Shown here in pieces: positions 45,936-55,048 of a stretch of DNA of 64,000 nucleotides. Within the stretch, counting starts at the first letter, position 1, and every line of letters starts with the position of its first letter. A program made the position numbers and the translations under genes. Source of the DNA: Escherichia phage EJP2; sequence record OQ411014.1; one strand, given 5' to 3'. The notes under the pieces were generated by a model, which worked only from the letters and a program-made list of their open reading frames with translations, had not been told where the DNA came from and did no database searches.

Positions 45936-47084
45936 TCACTGCACAAATGACATATCAACTTCTGTGTAACTAGGCACGCTCTGTGTAGAAAGACCACCCA
46001 TTGCTACCATCGCAATTCCACAATAATATAACTTCCCTTTGTCATCGAGTAACAATGTCCCAGATGGTGTTGTTACTAAATTACACGAAGTATTAAAAGA
46101 AGTATATGAAGGAGTATAGTAGTACTGATTAATGGTATTACCTACACCTAATTTTCCATACCCATTGCCGCCAGATGCGTAAAGTACTTCATCTGCTTTG
46201 ACAATATGTGATGCCATGTTACTAACACACGTATATACAGCACTAACTCCTGTACTCAATAATGTAGGAGTCTTGTATTGGAGATCAGTACTGGAAGATG
46301 TTCCACCTGTACCAAATTCATTACCGTATTGTGCACCGTATTGTTTACCACATCCGTACAAATTACCATCACTCTTAATAAAAAACGTACTCTGGTAACT
46401 TACATTAAAATCAATAACATCTGATGCAATCTGCTTTACTCCAGTGATAGAAACCTGATCCCCTGTACCTAACTGATAGTAATAGTTAAATCCACATCCC
46501 CATAAGGTATTGTCTGTACGCAAATAAATGTTACCAACAGCCTTTTTAACAGACGTTATAGTACTGACCTTCTTGAATGTATTAAATGAACTAATGTTTG
46601 TACCATCTCCAAAGGATGTTATATTAGATATGTTATTAGCACCACAACAATATAATGTACCGTCATTTGTTACCAAATTCACCTTCATATTATTAAAACT
46701 ACTCATGTACGCAATATCCGAAACAGTAATACCACTGGATGTTATCCACGTAGTACAATCCGTCCATAACGTCTTTCTATCAGTTACACCAGTGAATGCA
46801 TTTGTGTTTCCAGTCATAAACACTTTCCCTGTGCCCTCTTCTTCATACAACTGACAATCACTGCTGTTATCTTCCAATAGAACTCTTTTAACGTTCTCTG
46901 CACATAGAATAAATTTACTCGCAGCTACTCCAGTTCCCGTACCATAAATGCTTCCAGATGATGCATACAACTTTTTAGTGAAAGTATCATGTAAGTATAC
47001 AGACATACTAGAATATATTTTAAAACGATCATCGTTAGTAGGAGCAACATTACTGTACTCCAATATCCTCGCAAAAGGTAACAT
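45936..47084 (-). CDS. beta-propeller-like paralog, N-terminal MLPFARILEYSN
   Basis: track ORF to 47099; ATG at 47084; Gly/Thr/Asn-rich repeats. Confidence 0.75.
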   Translation of the reverse strand: MLPFARILEYSNVAPTNDDRFKIYSSMSVYLHDTFTKKLYASSGSIYGTGTGVAASKFILCAENVKRVLLEDNSSDCQLYEEEGTGKVFMTGNTNAFTGVTDRKTLWTDCTTWITSSGITVSDIAYMSSFNNMKVNLVTNDGTLYCCGANNISNITSFGDGTNISSFNTFKKVSTITSVKKAVGNIYLRTDNTLWGCGFNYYYQLGTGDQVSITGVKQIASDVIDFNVSYQSTFFIKSDGNLYGCGKQYGAQYGNEFGTGGTSSSTDLQYKTPTLLSTGVSAVYTCVSNMASHIVKADEVLYASGGNGYGKLGVGNTINQYYYTPSYTSFNTSCNLVTTPSGTLLLDDKGKLYYCGIAMVAMGGLSTQSVPSYTEVDMSFVQ

Positions 47085-47123
47085 AACTAAATTCTCCATA
47101 CAATAATTATAATGTATTTAACC

Positions 47124-47153
47124 AAAAAAAGCCAGCACCTTTCAGTACTGGTA
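47124..47153 (-). terminator. rho-independent terminator within array
   Basis: minus strand: accagtactgaaaggtgctggc followed by T7. Confidence 0.6.
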
Positions 47154-47162
47154 TCTATAATC

Positions 47163-48059
47163 CTATGTAAAAACATACTGCGTGTTAACACGTGTACCAT
47201 TGTCAAAACCAAGCACATAAAATATCTCAGGACTATTATTAGAACCAAATAACGCTCCAGTACTACTACTCAAAGTACTATTAACCGCTAACGCAATCCA
47301 TTCGTTTTGTTCTTGGTCGTATCTCAATAAATTTAATGCACCAAATGATACTGCATATATTTGTTTATCATATGTATTGTAAATTATTTTACTAGGGTTA
47401 GAACCACCAACACCAGCAATGTTAGACCACACAGCACTCTGTATATGATATTTTTGTGCAGTACTCACACCTTGGCCTGTAATATATATGTAAGTACCAT
47501 CTGTACACATATCACCACCACCATTGTTATTTGTACCATCACTCGTACCTAATGATGCCCAGGTATTAGTACTAGGAGTATAACTGTATAACGAATTATT
47601 AGTAGGAGATCCCCACAAATATATCTTATCACCAGCAGTAATCATCTTACTATACGCCAGTTGATTAGGCTTCCCAATACTGTTAGTGTTCAGAATCCAG
47701 GTATTTGTACTTATATTATATACATAAAAATTATTAGCACCATTACCAGTACCACCAAACAAATATATTTTCCCCTCATAAAAACATAACGCACTACCAA
47801 ATGTAGATACAGGTGCATTGGCTAATTGTAACCACGTTCTAGTACTTAAATTAAAACTCCATAACTGATTATCCCCCATCACCGCATTCTGTATACCACC
47901 AAATATATAAGCAGTATTACTTTTCGCATCATACGTATAACCAAAGTTATTTTTAGCAGGAGGTACAGGTGATGTCGTAAATGCAGAACGTATTCCCCTA
48001 TTGGTAGCAAACACCTCTGCAACATTCCCGTACTCCAACATCCTTACAAAAGGTAACAT
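47163..48059 (-). CDS. Kelch-like beta-propeller paralog, N-terminal MLPFVRMLEYGN (short member)
   Basis: 298 aa; Kelch-type spacing: AYIFGG...WSFNLSTRTW...KIYLFGG...YVYNISTNTW. Confidence 0.75.
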   Translation of the reverse strand: MLPFVRMLEYGNVAEVFATNRGIRSAFTTSPVPPAKNNFGYTYDAKSNTAYIFGGIQNAVMGDNQLWSFNLSTRTWLQLANAPVSTFGSALCFYEGKIYLFGGTGNGANNFYVYNISTNTWILNTNSIGKPNQLAYSKMITAGDKIYLWGSPTNNSLYSYTPSTNTWASLGTSDGTNNNGGGDMCTDGTYIYITGQGVSTAQKYHIQSAVWSNIAGVGGSNPSKIIYNTYDKQIYAVSFGALNLLRYDQEQNEWIALAVNSTLSSSTGALFGSNNSPEIFYVLGFDNGTRVNTQYVFT

Positions 48060-48136
48060 AACTAATTCTCCAAAATTAAAATAATTATAATGTATTTACA
48101 AAAATACCAGCACCTTTCAGTACTGGTATAGTAGTA

Positions 48137-49246
48137 TTATATCGGTAAATCTATCTTAGTGAAAATACCAACATCTTCACTCGCTCCAGGTATTGCATAA
48201 TATGTCCCAGTACTGTACACTTCACCATCTTTTGTTAATATAGATGTTAAACCATCACTATAAAGAACATCCCTGATATCACTAACTCCAACTGGTAACT
48301 GCAAATTCGTTGCACTATAAACCGCTCCAGTCTGAGAATTGTTTAATCCTAAACCACGGTTTGAACCTACACCCTTCTGATATGTACTAGTAATTATAAT
48401 TTGTGTAGCAGTATTTAATGCAGGTGAATTCGTCATAAACAACGGAGAACTATTAGGCAAAGAACTTGCAGGAACTGCACGAAATGTAGTTGCATCTGAA
48501 CTAAGAAAGTTTGGCGTTTGACCACATACGAAATATGATGTACCATTATAGTAATTAAATGCATTACCACCTATAGCTGCATCTATTACTCCAGTACTAC
48601 GTAATCCCCACGTGTTAATTTGTGTTCGGTTCCCCGTACCATGCTGACCCCTGTCATTCCACCCAGAACTATATAACTTATTATCTAATGTAATATACAT
48701 ACTGTCATTTGCATTCGTCATTACTTTACGCACATTAGTAGCACATTGAGTTAATGTGTAAATTGATGATGAACCAATACCTAAAGCACCACGATATCCA
48801 TTAGCCCCTGCACCATAGAGTACTGAACTAGTGCTAAGTACAAATATTAAACCATACGAACATACTATATCAGCAATTTCATTTACCGATAGTACACTAG
48901 TAAACCACGCAGTCCTATCAACTAATACAGTACTGTAAGAAGTCCCAGTAGAAGACGAAAACCAATAAGTCTCACCAGTAGTCCATATAGTATTGTCACT
49001 CTTAATAACAACAACTGTACGATCACCAGCAAAAAAATTAGTAACTCCTGTACTCACTAATGTCCATGAAGATACAGTGTTCGTATTGTTATTACCCGAT
49101 TCCCCACCCTGATTCCTACCTATGTAATATAATTCATTCGTGTCAGTCAACACATACTGCCCCTGCGTCGATGCCCCAACCTTAATTATATTTTTAGGAC
49201 CGGGTGCAACATTCCCGTACTCCAACATCCTTACAAAAGGTAACAT
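48137..49246 (-). CDS. RCC1-like beta-propeller paralog, N-terminal MLPFVRMLEYGN
   Basis: 369 aa; LYSSGWNDRGQHGTGN, LYGAGANGYRGALGIG; 10 bp downstream of 49257-50387. Confidence 0.8.
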   Translation of the reverse strand: MLPFVRMLEYGNVAPGPKNIIKVGASTQGQYVLTDTNELYYIGRNQGGESGNNNTNTVSSWTLVSTGVTNFFAGDRTVVVIKSDNTIWTTGETYWFSSSTGTSYSTVLVDRTAWFTSVLSVNEIADIVCSYGLIFVLSTSSVLYGAGANGYRGALGIGSSSIYTLTQCATNVRKVMTNANDSMYITLDNKLYSSGWNDRGQHGTGNRTQINTWGLRSTGVIDAAIGGNAFNYYNGTSYFVCGQTPNFLSSDATTFRAVPASSLPNSSPLFMTNSPALNTATQIIITSTYQKGVGSNRGLGLNNSQTGAVYSATNLQLPVGVSDIRDVLYSDGLTSILTKDGEVYSTGTYYAIPGASEDVGIFTKIDLPI

Positions 49247-49256
49247 ATTTCTCTCC

Positions 49257-50387
49257 TTAATTTAATAATGCCCCTGGCAAATCCACTTTGACGAATTGTG
49301 CATATGCTGTGGAATTTTGATCAAAGTTTGGTCCCAATCCATAAAATGAGCTAATGCCGTCTTCATTTGTGTATATGATATAAACGTTCTTTACATCATT
49401 TCCGCATATAAATCGAATGTCTTTCGTTTGTGTTCCCGCTGGAACATTACGAAGGCTCACAACGCCATTACTTGCATTGTTATCAGCCGACGCAATTGGT
49501 AATTGATTTTGACCATATTGACCACGCATATTTTTTGCATCTAAACCAAACACAGTATTTGATACCGCACCAACTTTCAAAAATGAACCAAAACTATCAT
49601 TGAATGACTTTGGAAATGTACCACTATAAACACTTCTCCCATCTGATAATACCGCTGAACTGAATTTCCCGCTATTCGATATGGCAAATTCATTGTAAGG
49701 AAGTGTACCCATTTTGGTATATACAGAATATGAATTAGTGGAAGTATTATCAATAATCTTATTACCATTATATCCAATACCATACTGGTATCCGTCTGCA
49801 TCTTGAACTATACACAAAGGACCACTTGGGGTTTGTGTCAACGAAACAACACGTTCAACTTGTATATCACCAAATGTATTTCTTCGCCATGTTCTATCTA
49901 TTATAGTACTAGTATTACCCAAAGATAATGCCACACTATATAATAGATTGTTTTCAGTAAAAATGGCAACATAATATGCGTGGTTAATAACTTGCTTCAT
50001 CCCAGCATCAATAACTTCCTGTGGAATATGATCAGTAACATCCAACCAATCAAGGTTAGATGATGCAATATCTGGAGTACTGAATTTGTCAAATCTAGTT
50101 GAGCCACAAACTAGCACTCTATCATCATTTGTCAAAGCCACTGTGCTAGTCTGCATATTAGAACTGAATGATTTAACATTACTAATGTTAGACTTGTACC
50201 AACCCTTATCAGCAGCACCCACCGTGAATCCGGTTCCCATTGATCCACTTGTACTTGTACCATAAGCCCACATCTCACCACTATATGTTAGTGCCATACA
50301 GTGGCTTCCATTTGCTTGGAAATCCTTTATACCAGTGGGAGCAGCCACTGTATTCCCATAATTAAACATTCTAACAAAAGGTAACAT
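49257..50387 (-). CDS. beta-propeller-like paralog, N-terminal MLPFVRMFNYGN (first gene of array)
   Basis: track ORF to 50396; conserved ATG at 50387; upstream conserved gtaaatactatataat motif. Confidence 0.75.
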   Translation of the reverse strand: MLPFVRMFNYGNTVAAPTGIKDFQANGSHCMALTYSGEMWAYGTSTSGSMGTGFTVGAADKGWYKSNISNVKSFSSNMQTSTVALTNDDRVLVCGSTRFDKFSTPDIASSNLDWLDVTDHIPQEVIDAGMKQVINHAYYVAIFTENNLLYSVALSLGNTSTIIDRTWRRNTFGDIQVERVVSLTQTPSGPLCIVQDADGYQYGIGYNGNKIIDNTSTNSYSVYTKMGTLPYNEFAISNSGKFSSAVLSDGRSVYSGTFPKSFNDSFGSFLKVGAVSNTVFGLDAKNMRGQYGQNQLPIASADNNASNGVVSLRNVPAGTQTKDIRFICGNDVKNVYIIYTNEDGISSFYGLGPNFDQNSTAYAQFVKVDLPGALLN

Positions 50388-50501
50388 AATAATCATCCCT
50401 ATACAATAAAATTATATAGTATTTACCAAAACAACTATTGACAACACAATAGCAGTACTGTATAGTATAGCAATAAAATTCCCACATAAAGGCCCAACAA
50501 C

Positions 50502-51194
50502 ATGAAACTCTCTAAACTACAAAAGCACTACAATTCAGTACTGAAAGCTACTAAAGCAGCTAATACACTACTATTCAATGAACCCCCAAAAAATATATTC
50601 AAACATATACCCAAAATGTATATAACAAAATCCCCAAATAAAATCCTTAAAAAGATTTCACAAAAATATAACATAACAATTGCTCACGTAGGTAAGTCCA
50701 AATCAAACCATAAACTATCATTCAGTACTAAAGCTAATGAAAGAACTACATTCATAGAATTTTCACTGTACAATATCCCGTGCGTTCTTTGGATCTCACC
50801 AGCAGTATACTTCGATGCTACATCTAAAGTGCATATAAACAATTCGTACAAAAACTTATTCTCATTCAATAATATCGACGACACACAACAACCAAGAGTC
50901 TCACTAGCAAATTCCGGCGATTCATACTTATCAGATAAAATACAAAACTCTAAACTAATCGTAACTACACCTAATAAAGAACTACAAAAAGTACTAGCTA
51001 AAAATCTGCACACAACCTATAAGAACTATACAGAAGAAGAAATCTTCCAACAATCTCTAGTACTACCTAATGCAGAACTCTATATAGCAGCACAAAACAT
51101 AAACATAAAAATAGCAGAACTAATCTCTAATAACAACTGTACTATAAAAGATATTATATACACTATAGCTAATGAAACTATTCATAACATATAA
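50502..51194 (+). CDS. basic protein, LQKHY family (copy 4, right flank of array)
   Basis: 230 aa; MKLSKLQKHY N-terminus and EEEIFQQSLVLPNAELY segment match the 31381-33346 family. Confidence 0.6.
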   Translation: MKLSKLQKHYNSVLKATKAANTLLFNEPPKNIFKHIPKMYITKSPNKILKKISQKYNITIAHVGKSKSNHKLSFSTKANERTTFIEFSLYNIPCVLWISPAVYFDATSKVHINNSYKNLFSFNNIDDTQQPRVSLANSGDSYLSDKIQNSKLIVTTPNKELQKVLAKNLHTTYKNYTEEEIFQQSLVLPNAELYIAAQNINIKIAELISNNNCTIKDIIYTIANETIHNI

Positions 51195-51292
51195 AAGTAT
51201 ATAGGAAGAGAATACTATATAGATATCTATACTATTACTATAGGGAGAGAAAACTATATAGGCTATACTTCAGTACTATACTATATAGGAAC
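51195..51292. repeat. cluster of CTATATAGG/CTATAGGGAGA iteron-like motifs
   Basis: about five copies of actatatagg/ctataggg within ~100 bp; one copy is ttactatagggagaga. Confidence 0.5.
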
Positions 51293-51300
51293 AGAAAACA

Positions 51301-51328
51301 CAGTAAGAACAGTAAGAACAGTAAGCAC
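51301..51328. repeat. tandem 9-bp repeat (cagtaagaa x3)
   Basis: cagtaagaacagtaagaacagtaagcac. Confidence 0.6.
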
Positions 51329-51756
51329 TATTACAGTACTATAAGCACTAAGGGTGTTTGCTCCGTAGAGAGAACGTTCTCCTATATAGGGGGATGGCCT
51401 TTAGATAATCCCCCTGGACAAAACGTTATCGAACGGATTCAACACCCCGTCCAGGGGGCATTTATTAATATACAGTCCTAGATGAATTAATATAAAAAGT
51501 ACGATATAACATTACATACACGATGGCAGTACTAGAGTTCATGGGACGATTGTGTATAAGACTTCAGTACTATAGACAATACTTCAGTACTGACCCCCTT
51601 GCACTATATCTTCTTAGTACGTAAGAGTACAAGAAGTATTTTTCAGAGCCTGTACTTTTTTGTCAAAGCCTTTCCCTTCCCCAGCGTAAAAGTACTTTTC
51701 AGTACTGTCAAAATTACCTTCCACCCTCCAGCAAAAAGTTGGTTAGTACTCCATCC

Positions 51757-51848
51757 TAAATCCCGATCCTAAAAATTTTGGAGTACCAACGAAATTAAAT
51801 CCCGATCCTAAAAATTTTGGAGTACCAACGAAATTAAATCCCGATCAT
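51757..51848. repeat. tandem direct repeat, 39-bp unit x2.3
   Basis: taaatcccgatcctaaaaattttggagtaccaacgaaat repeated exactly, then a partial third copy. Confidence 0.75.
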
Positions 51849-52380
51849 CAAAAGTTCAAATTTACCTTGACGTGTTCATGATTTCTCTCTATAGTACTGG
51901 CTAATGTTCAGTACTGAATGATGTTTTTCACTATAGGGTAAATTAATCTCCTATATAGTAGAAATTAGGGCTTGACTAAATCTTTCAGTACTGTATAATG
52001 ATTTGCATAGGGAGAGAAATCACCGCAAAAGATTTTGAACCTTATGCCTCCTGTCGTGAGACAGTACCGAAGAGATTGACCCTCCTATGCTGGTGGTCAT
52101 CTTGGACAACTAGTTTTCTCTATTCATCCTAAACAGTACTGTTACATCCCTCTGAGCAATCAGGTGACAGTACTGATATTAATCCACCAGCGTCGTTCTA
52201 ACGATGCTAATGATAAACAACGTATATAGTACTACATGATAGTCTTTGTATCTTCTGGGTGAGTTATGAGGGTTATGATGGCAGTACTGTATACACTCCT
52301 ATTAAGAAGTTACAGATACACTAAGGGCGTACTATGGGTAAATTTTGGGCGTACTTGTGCTAGGAAGGATTTAGCCGTAG

Positions 52381-52580
52381 AGACACCTAGACCTCCAGAC
52401 TCCTGGATGGATAGATGGATTTCCATCTAGACGGCTAAACGGCTAGATTGCTGGATGGATAGATGGCTAGCCATTTAGACGGCTAAACGGCTAAACGTCC
52501 GAACGTCTAGAAGTCTGGCGGTATGGATGGCTAAACGTCTGGACTGATAAACGTCTAACCATCTGGACGGCTAAAAATCA
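52381..52580. repeat. cluster of short direct repeats and palindromes
   Basis: ctggatggatagatgg x2; tagacggctaaacgg x2; ggctaaacg x4; aaacgtc x3; palindromes agatgga-tt-tccatct and atggct-agccat. Confidence 0.7.
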
Positions 52581-52753
52581 TTAGTGTCATTTTCAAGCAT
52601 TGGCTAGCCTACCGCGTCGGGGTAAATTCCCCAGCAGTATCGAACGTTAGATTTTTCTGAATCTGGAATCATTATCTTATAAACTGGGGGCAATGTCAAC
52701 GGCCTGGACGGATATTTTTAAAATTTTTTTCAGTACTGAATTTTGGGCGTAAC

Positions 52754-53030
52754 TATGCACCCGGTGGGCTTGAGTCTTTCTCGACTTGATGGAACTATTA
52801 TACAGTACTGAATTTTTAAAGCAATACCATAAACGCAAAAAGTTTTAATTAATTTGCTTGCTATCCTGGGCCGGACTATGGTACTATATTTCAGTACTGA
52901 GAAAGTGCGTTTACCTGCTAGGGTGCGGGAGTGTATCCTTTTTTTATATCTTGAATTTTGGGCGTAATTCCGCACCCTCTGGGGTTTCCGCTTTCTCGCG
53001 TCTATGTAGTAATTATACGCTTTTTCAGGA
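52754..53030. repeat. two diverged copies of the tatgcacccggtggg / agggtgcgg inverted-repeat element
   Basis: gaattttgggcgtaa...gcaccc...tttctcg...attata present twice; agggtgcgg ... ccgcaccct inverted repeat. Confidence 0.45.
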
Positions 53031-53298
53031 TCAAGTCAATACCTAAAAACAAAATAATTGAAAATAATTTAACGCGTTTAAACGACCCGTAAAGCCCTGG
53101 AATGGTTGGAATGGTGCAAATGTATAGCTTAGGGGTAATAATGCGTTAGAATGCGTCTGAGGCCGTTTTACGGGGTATAGGGATGATTTAGTGGATTGAT
53201 TCAGTACTGAATGATAGTTCCCCTGGATGGTTGCAGTACTGAATAATAGTTCCCCTATATAGAAAGAAAACTATTTTAAAAGTATTTGTAGAAAGTAC

Positions 53299-53360
53299 TT
53301 GCACCGTACTGATAAAAGCGTATAATGTTTTACATCGAGAGCGGGAACACTTCCCGCTAC
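53299..53360 (+). promoter_or_regulatory. early-type promoter + 5' leader hairpin module
   Basis: TTGCAC-N16-TATAAT then gagagcggga-aca-cttcccgc. Confidence 0.7.
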
Positions 53361-53381
53361 ACTTTAAAAGAGATTAAAACG

Positions 53382-53744
53382 ATGGCAACTCAAATCACCA
53401 AAATTATTGCTAACCTGGTTAACTTCCGCGACGAGATGAAAGATCTTCCGGCGGCGACGGTTAAAACTCACATTGACGCATACCGCGAACTGATTAAAAT
53501 GCTGCCGCTTAAGCGTGAACAATACGCCGCCACCGTGATGCTTGATGCGATGATCCATAAGATGATCGCCAGTGATTTGACGATGGTTTATCAGTACATG
53601 GGCGAAAAATTCTCGGTGTATAGTAAACCAGTCCCAGGCATGGCAACAACTGAGGAATTGCACTGCCTTAACTTAAAGCAAGATGCATGGGATAATATGC
53701 CGCGTTTCATGGTATGGGTAGAAAGTGGTAAAATTTACGAATAA
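53382..53744 (+). CDS. hypothetical small protein
   Basis: track ORF starts at ATG inside the -10 box (53325); ATG at 53382 follows the leader hairpin (120 aa). Confidence 0.6.
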   Translation: MATQITKIIANLVNFRDEMKDLPAATVKTHIDAYRELIKMLPLKREQYAATVMLDAMIHKMIASDLTMVYQYMGEKFSVYSKPVPGMATTEELHCLNLKQDAWDNMPRFMVWVESGKIYE

Positions 53745-53757
53745 GTTAAAAATTAGT

Positions 53758-53819
53758 TTGACAGTACTGAATAAAAGCGTATAATGTTTTATATCGAGAG
53801 CGGGAAGAGTTCCCGCCTC
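53758..53819 (+). promoter_or_regulatory. early-type promoter + leader hairpin
   Basis: TTGACA-N16-TATAAT then gagagcgggaa-gag-ttcccgcctc. Confidence 0.7.
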
Positions 53820-53839
53820 CATTAAAGAGGAATTAAAAA

Positions 53840-54064
53840 ATGACTACTAAAACTTTCAACGGCCATAAAAACTACAACCATTGGAATGTTAGCCTTTGGA
53901 TCAATAACGATGAATCACTGTACCAATTGGCCCTGGAATGTATTAAAAGCACCAACACGCGAGATAAAGCGGTTGAGCGGATGTTACGCCTTTTAGGTAC
54001 TCACACGCCTGATGGGGCACGTTATAGCAAATCAAGCGTTCGTGCGGCAATGGTTGGAATGTAA
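53840..54064 (+). CDS. hypothetical small protein (paralog of 56336-56575)
   Basis: 74 aa; shares HWNVSLWINNDESLY and C-terminal AAMVGM. Confidence 0.6.
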   Translation: MTTKTFNGHKNYNHWNVSLWINNDESLYQLALECIKSTNTRDKAVERMLRLLGTHTPDGARYSKSSVRAAMVGM

Positions 54065-54076
54065 TAGAATATATTT

Positions 54077-54107
54077 AAAGTACTATCATTCTATGCGATA
54101 GTACTTT
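54077..54107 (+). terminator. hairpin, possible terminator
   Basis: aaagtactatc-N9-gatagtacttt (11-bp stem); weak T-run. Confidence 0.4.
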
Positions 54108-54157
54108 ATAATAGTGTTCTAACATACAGTACTCACTTAACTAATAGGATGTATACC

Positions 54158-54535
54158 ATGATCATTAAATTCTACGCTACCCGTGAAATCGCTCGCATCG
54201 TTGCCCGTACCGAAGGAGAAACCTTTAAAGATATGGGAACGAGTGCTGAGAAGGGTAAACGCTGGGCGGTACAGTTCAAAGAATTATCAGATATTATTAA
54301 TTCACCTGAGCCAGTACTGACAGCGGCAGAACAAGCGAAAGCCAATGAGCTGGCGGATCTTCTGAATGGTGTCAATGTGAACGTTAAAGTTAATGCGGCG
54401 GCCTGGTCACATGCTGATGCACTGGCAGCTTTAAAAAGTCCTGATAGTGTATCTCGTCGAGTGGTAGAAATAAAGCACGACCGCAAGGGCAACCGCGTTA
54501 CAGTATACAGTAAGCGTAAAATTGCAGTACTGTAA
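54158..54535 (+). CDS. hypothetical protein
   Basis: ATG at 54158 with RBS tagga 8 nt upstream (alternative ATG at 54149); 125 aa. Confidence 0.55.
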   Translation: MIIKFYATREIARIVARTEGETFKDMGTSAEKGKRWAVQFKELSDIINSPEPVLTAAEQAKANELADLLNGVNVNVKVNAAAWSHADALAALKSPDSVSRRVVEIKHDRKGNRVTVYSKRKIAVL

Positions 54536-54551
54536 TAATTCAAAAAAGTAC

Positions 54552-54614
54552 TTGCACAGTACTGAATAAAGCGTATAATGTTTTATATCGAGAGCGGGAA
54601 GAGTTCCCGCCTCC
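54552..54614 (+). promoter_or_regulatory. early-type promoter + leader hairpin
   Basis: TTGCAC-N16-TATAAT then gagagcgggaa-gag-ttcccgcctc. Confidence 0.7.
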
Positions 54615-54633
54615 ACTTAAGAGGAATTAAAAA

Positions 54634-54864
54634 ATGACTACTATGTATATGATCGAAGTTAAAACCGTAAAAGATACGACCACGAATAAAACTACTTACT
54701 TACAGCGGATCTGCGGTGTCTGGCAACGTATCAGCAAATCAAAGTACTTTAAATTAACATCATATGCAAATCGTTCGGATTCATTCAGTACTGAAATAAA
54801 AGGTAATAAAGTACACCAATACGGCACTTATTATTATTACAGCCTGGACGCGATTGCAGTATAA
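54634..54864 (+). CDS. hypothetical small protein
   Basis: 76 aa; RBS aagaggaa. Confidence 0.6.
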   Translation: MTTMYMIEVKTVKDTTTNKTTYLQRICGVWQRISKSKYFKLTSYANRSDSFSTEIKGNKVHQYGTYYYYSLDAIAV

Positions 54865-54897
54865 TCATATTTTTTGAAAAATTTACAATTGCCGGTA

Positions 54898-54926
54898 TTG
54901 ACTTATTTTGTCAGTACTGGCATAAT
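54898..54926 (+). promoter_or_regulatory. type-II promoter (TTGACT-N17-CATAAT)
   Basis: ttgacttattttgtcagtactggcataat; converges on minus-strand promoter 55049-55077. Confidence 0.55.
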
Positions 54927-55048
54927 GTATTCATTGGCAGATAAGCCGTAGCCCATAGGGTGCGGAGATGTATCTATAGAAAAAGTAGTTTAGTATAGTT
55001 ACAGTTATGCACCCGGTGGGTTAGTGACTTTCTCGTCTTTATGTAGCT

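Noticed and set aside
33386-50396. Diversity-generating retroelement or shufflon acting on the paralog array
   Set aside because: No reverse transcriptase or site-specific recombinase gene is seen in the window, and each paralog is a complete gene with its own start and promoter rather than a silent cassette.
51228-51250. T7-type single-subunit RNA polymerase promoter (ttactatagggagaga)
   Set aside because: Only the 3' half (CTATAGGGAGA) matches the T7 consensus and the upstream specificity region does not; no single-subunit RNA polymerase gene is seen in the window. Kept only as an iteron-like repeat.
52730-53046. ORFs 52730-52975 (-) and 52858-53046 (+) in the non-coding repeat region
   Set aside because: They overlap each other, lack RBS or promoter context and are composed of repeat-element sequence; the region is better explained as non-coding.
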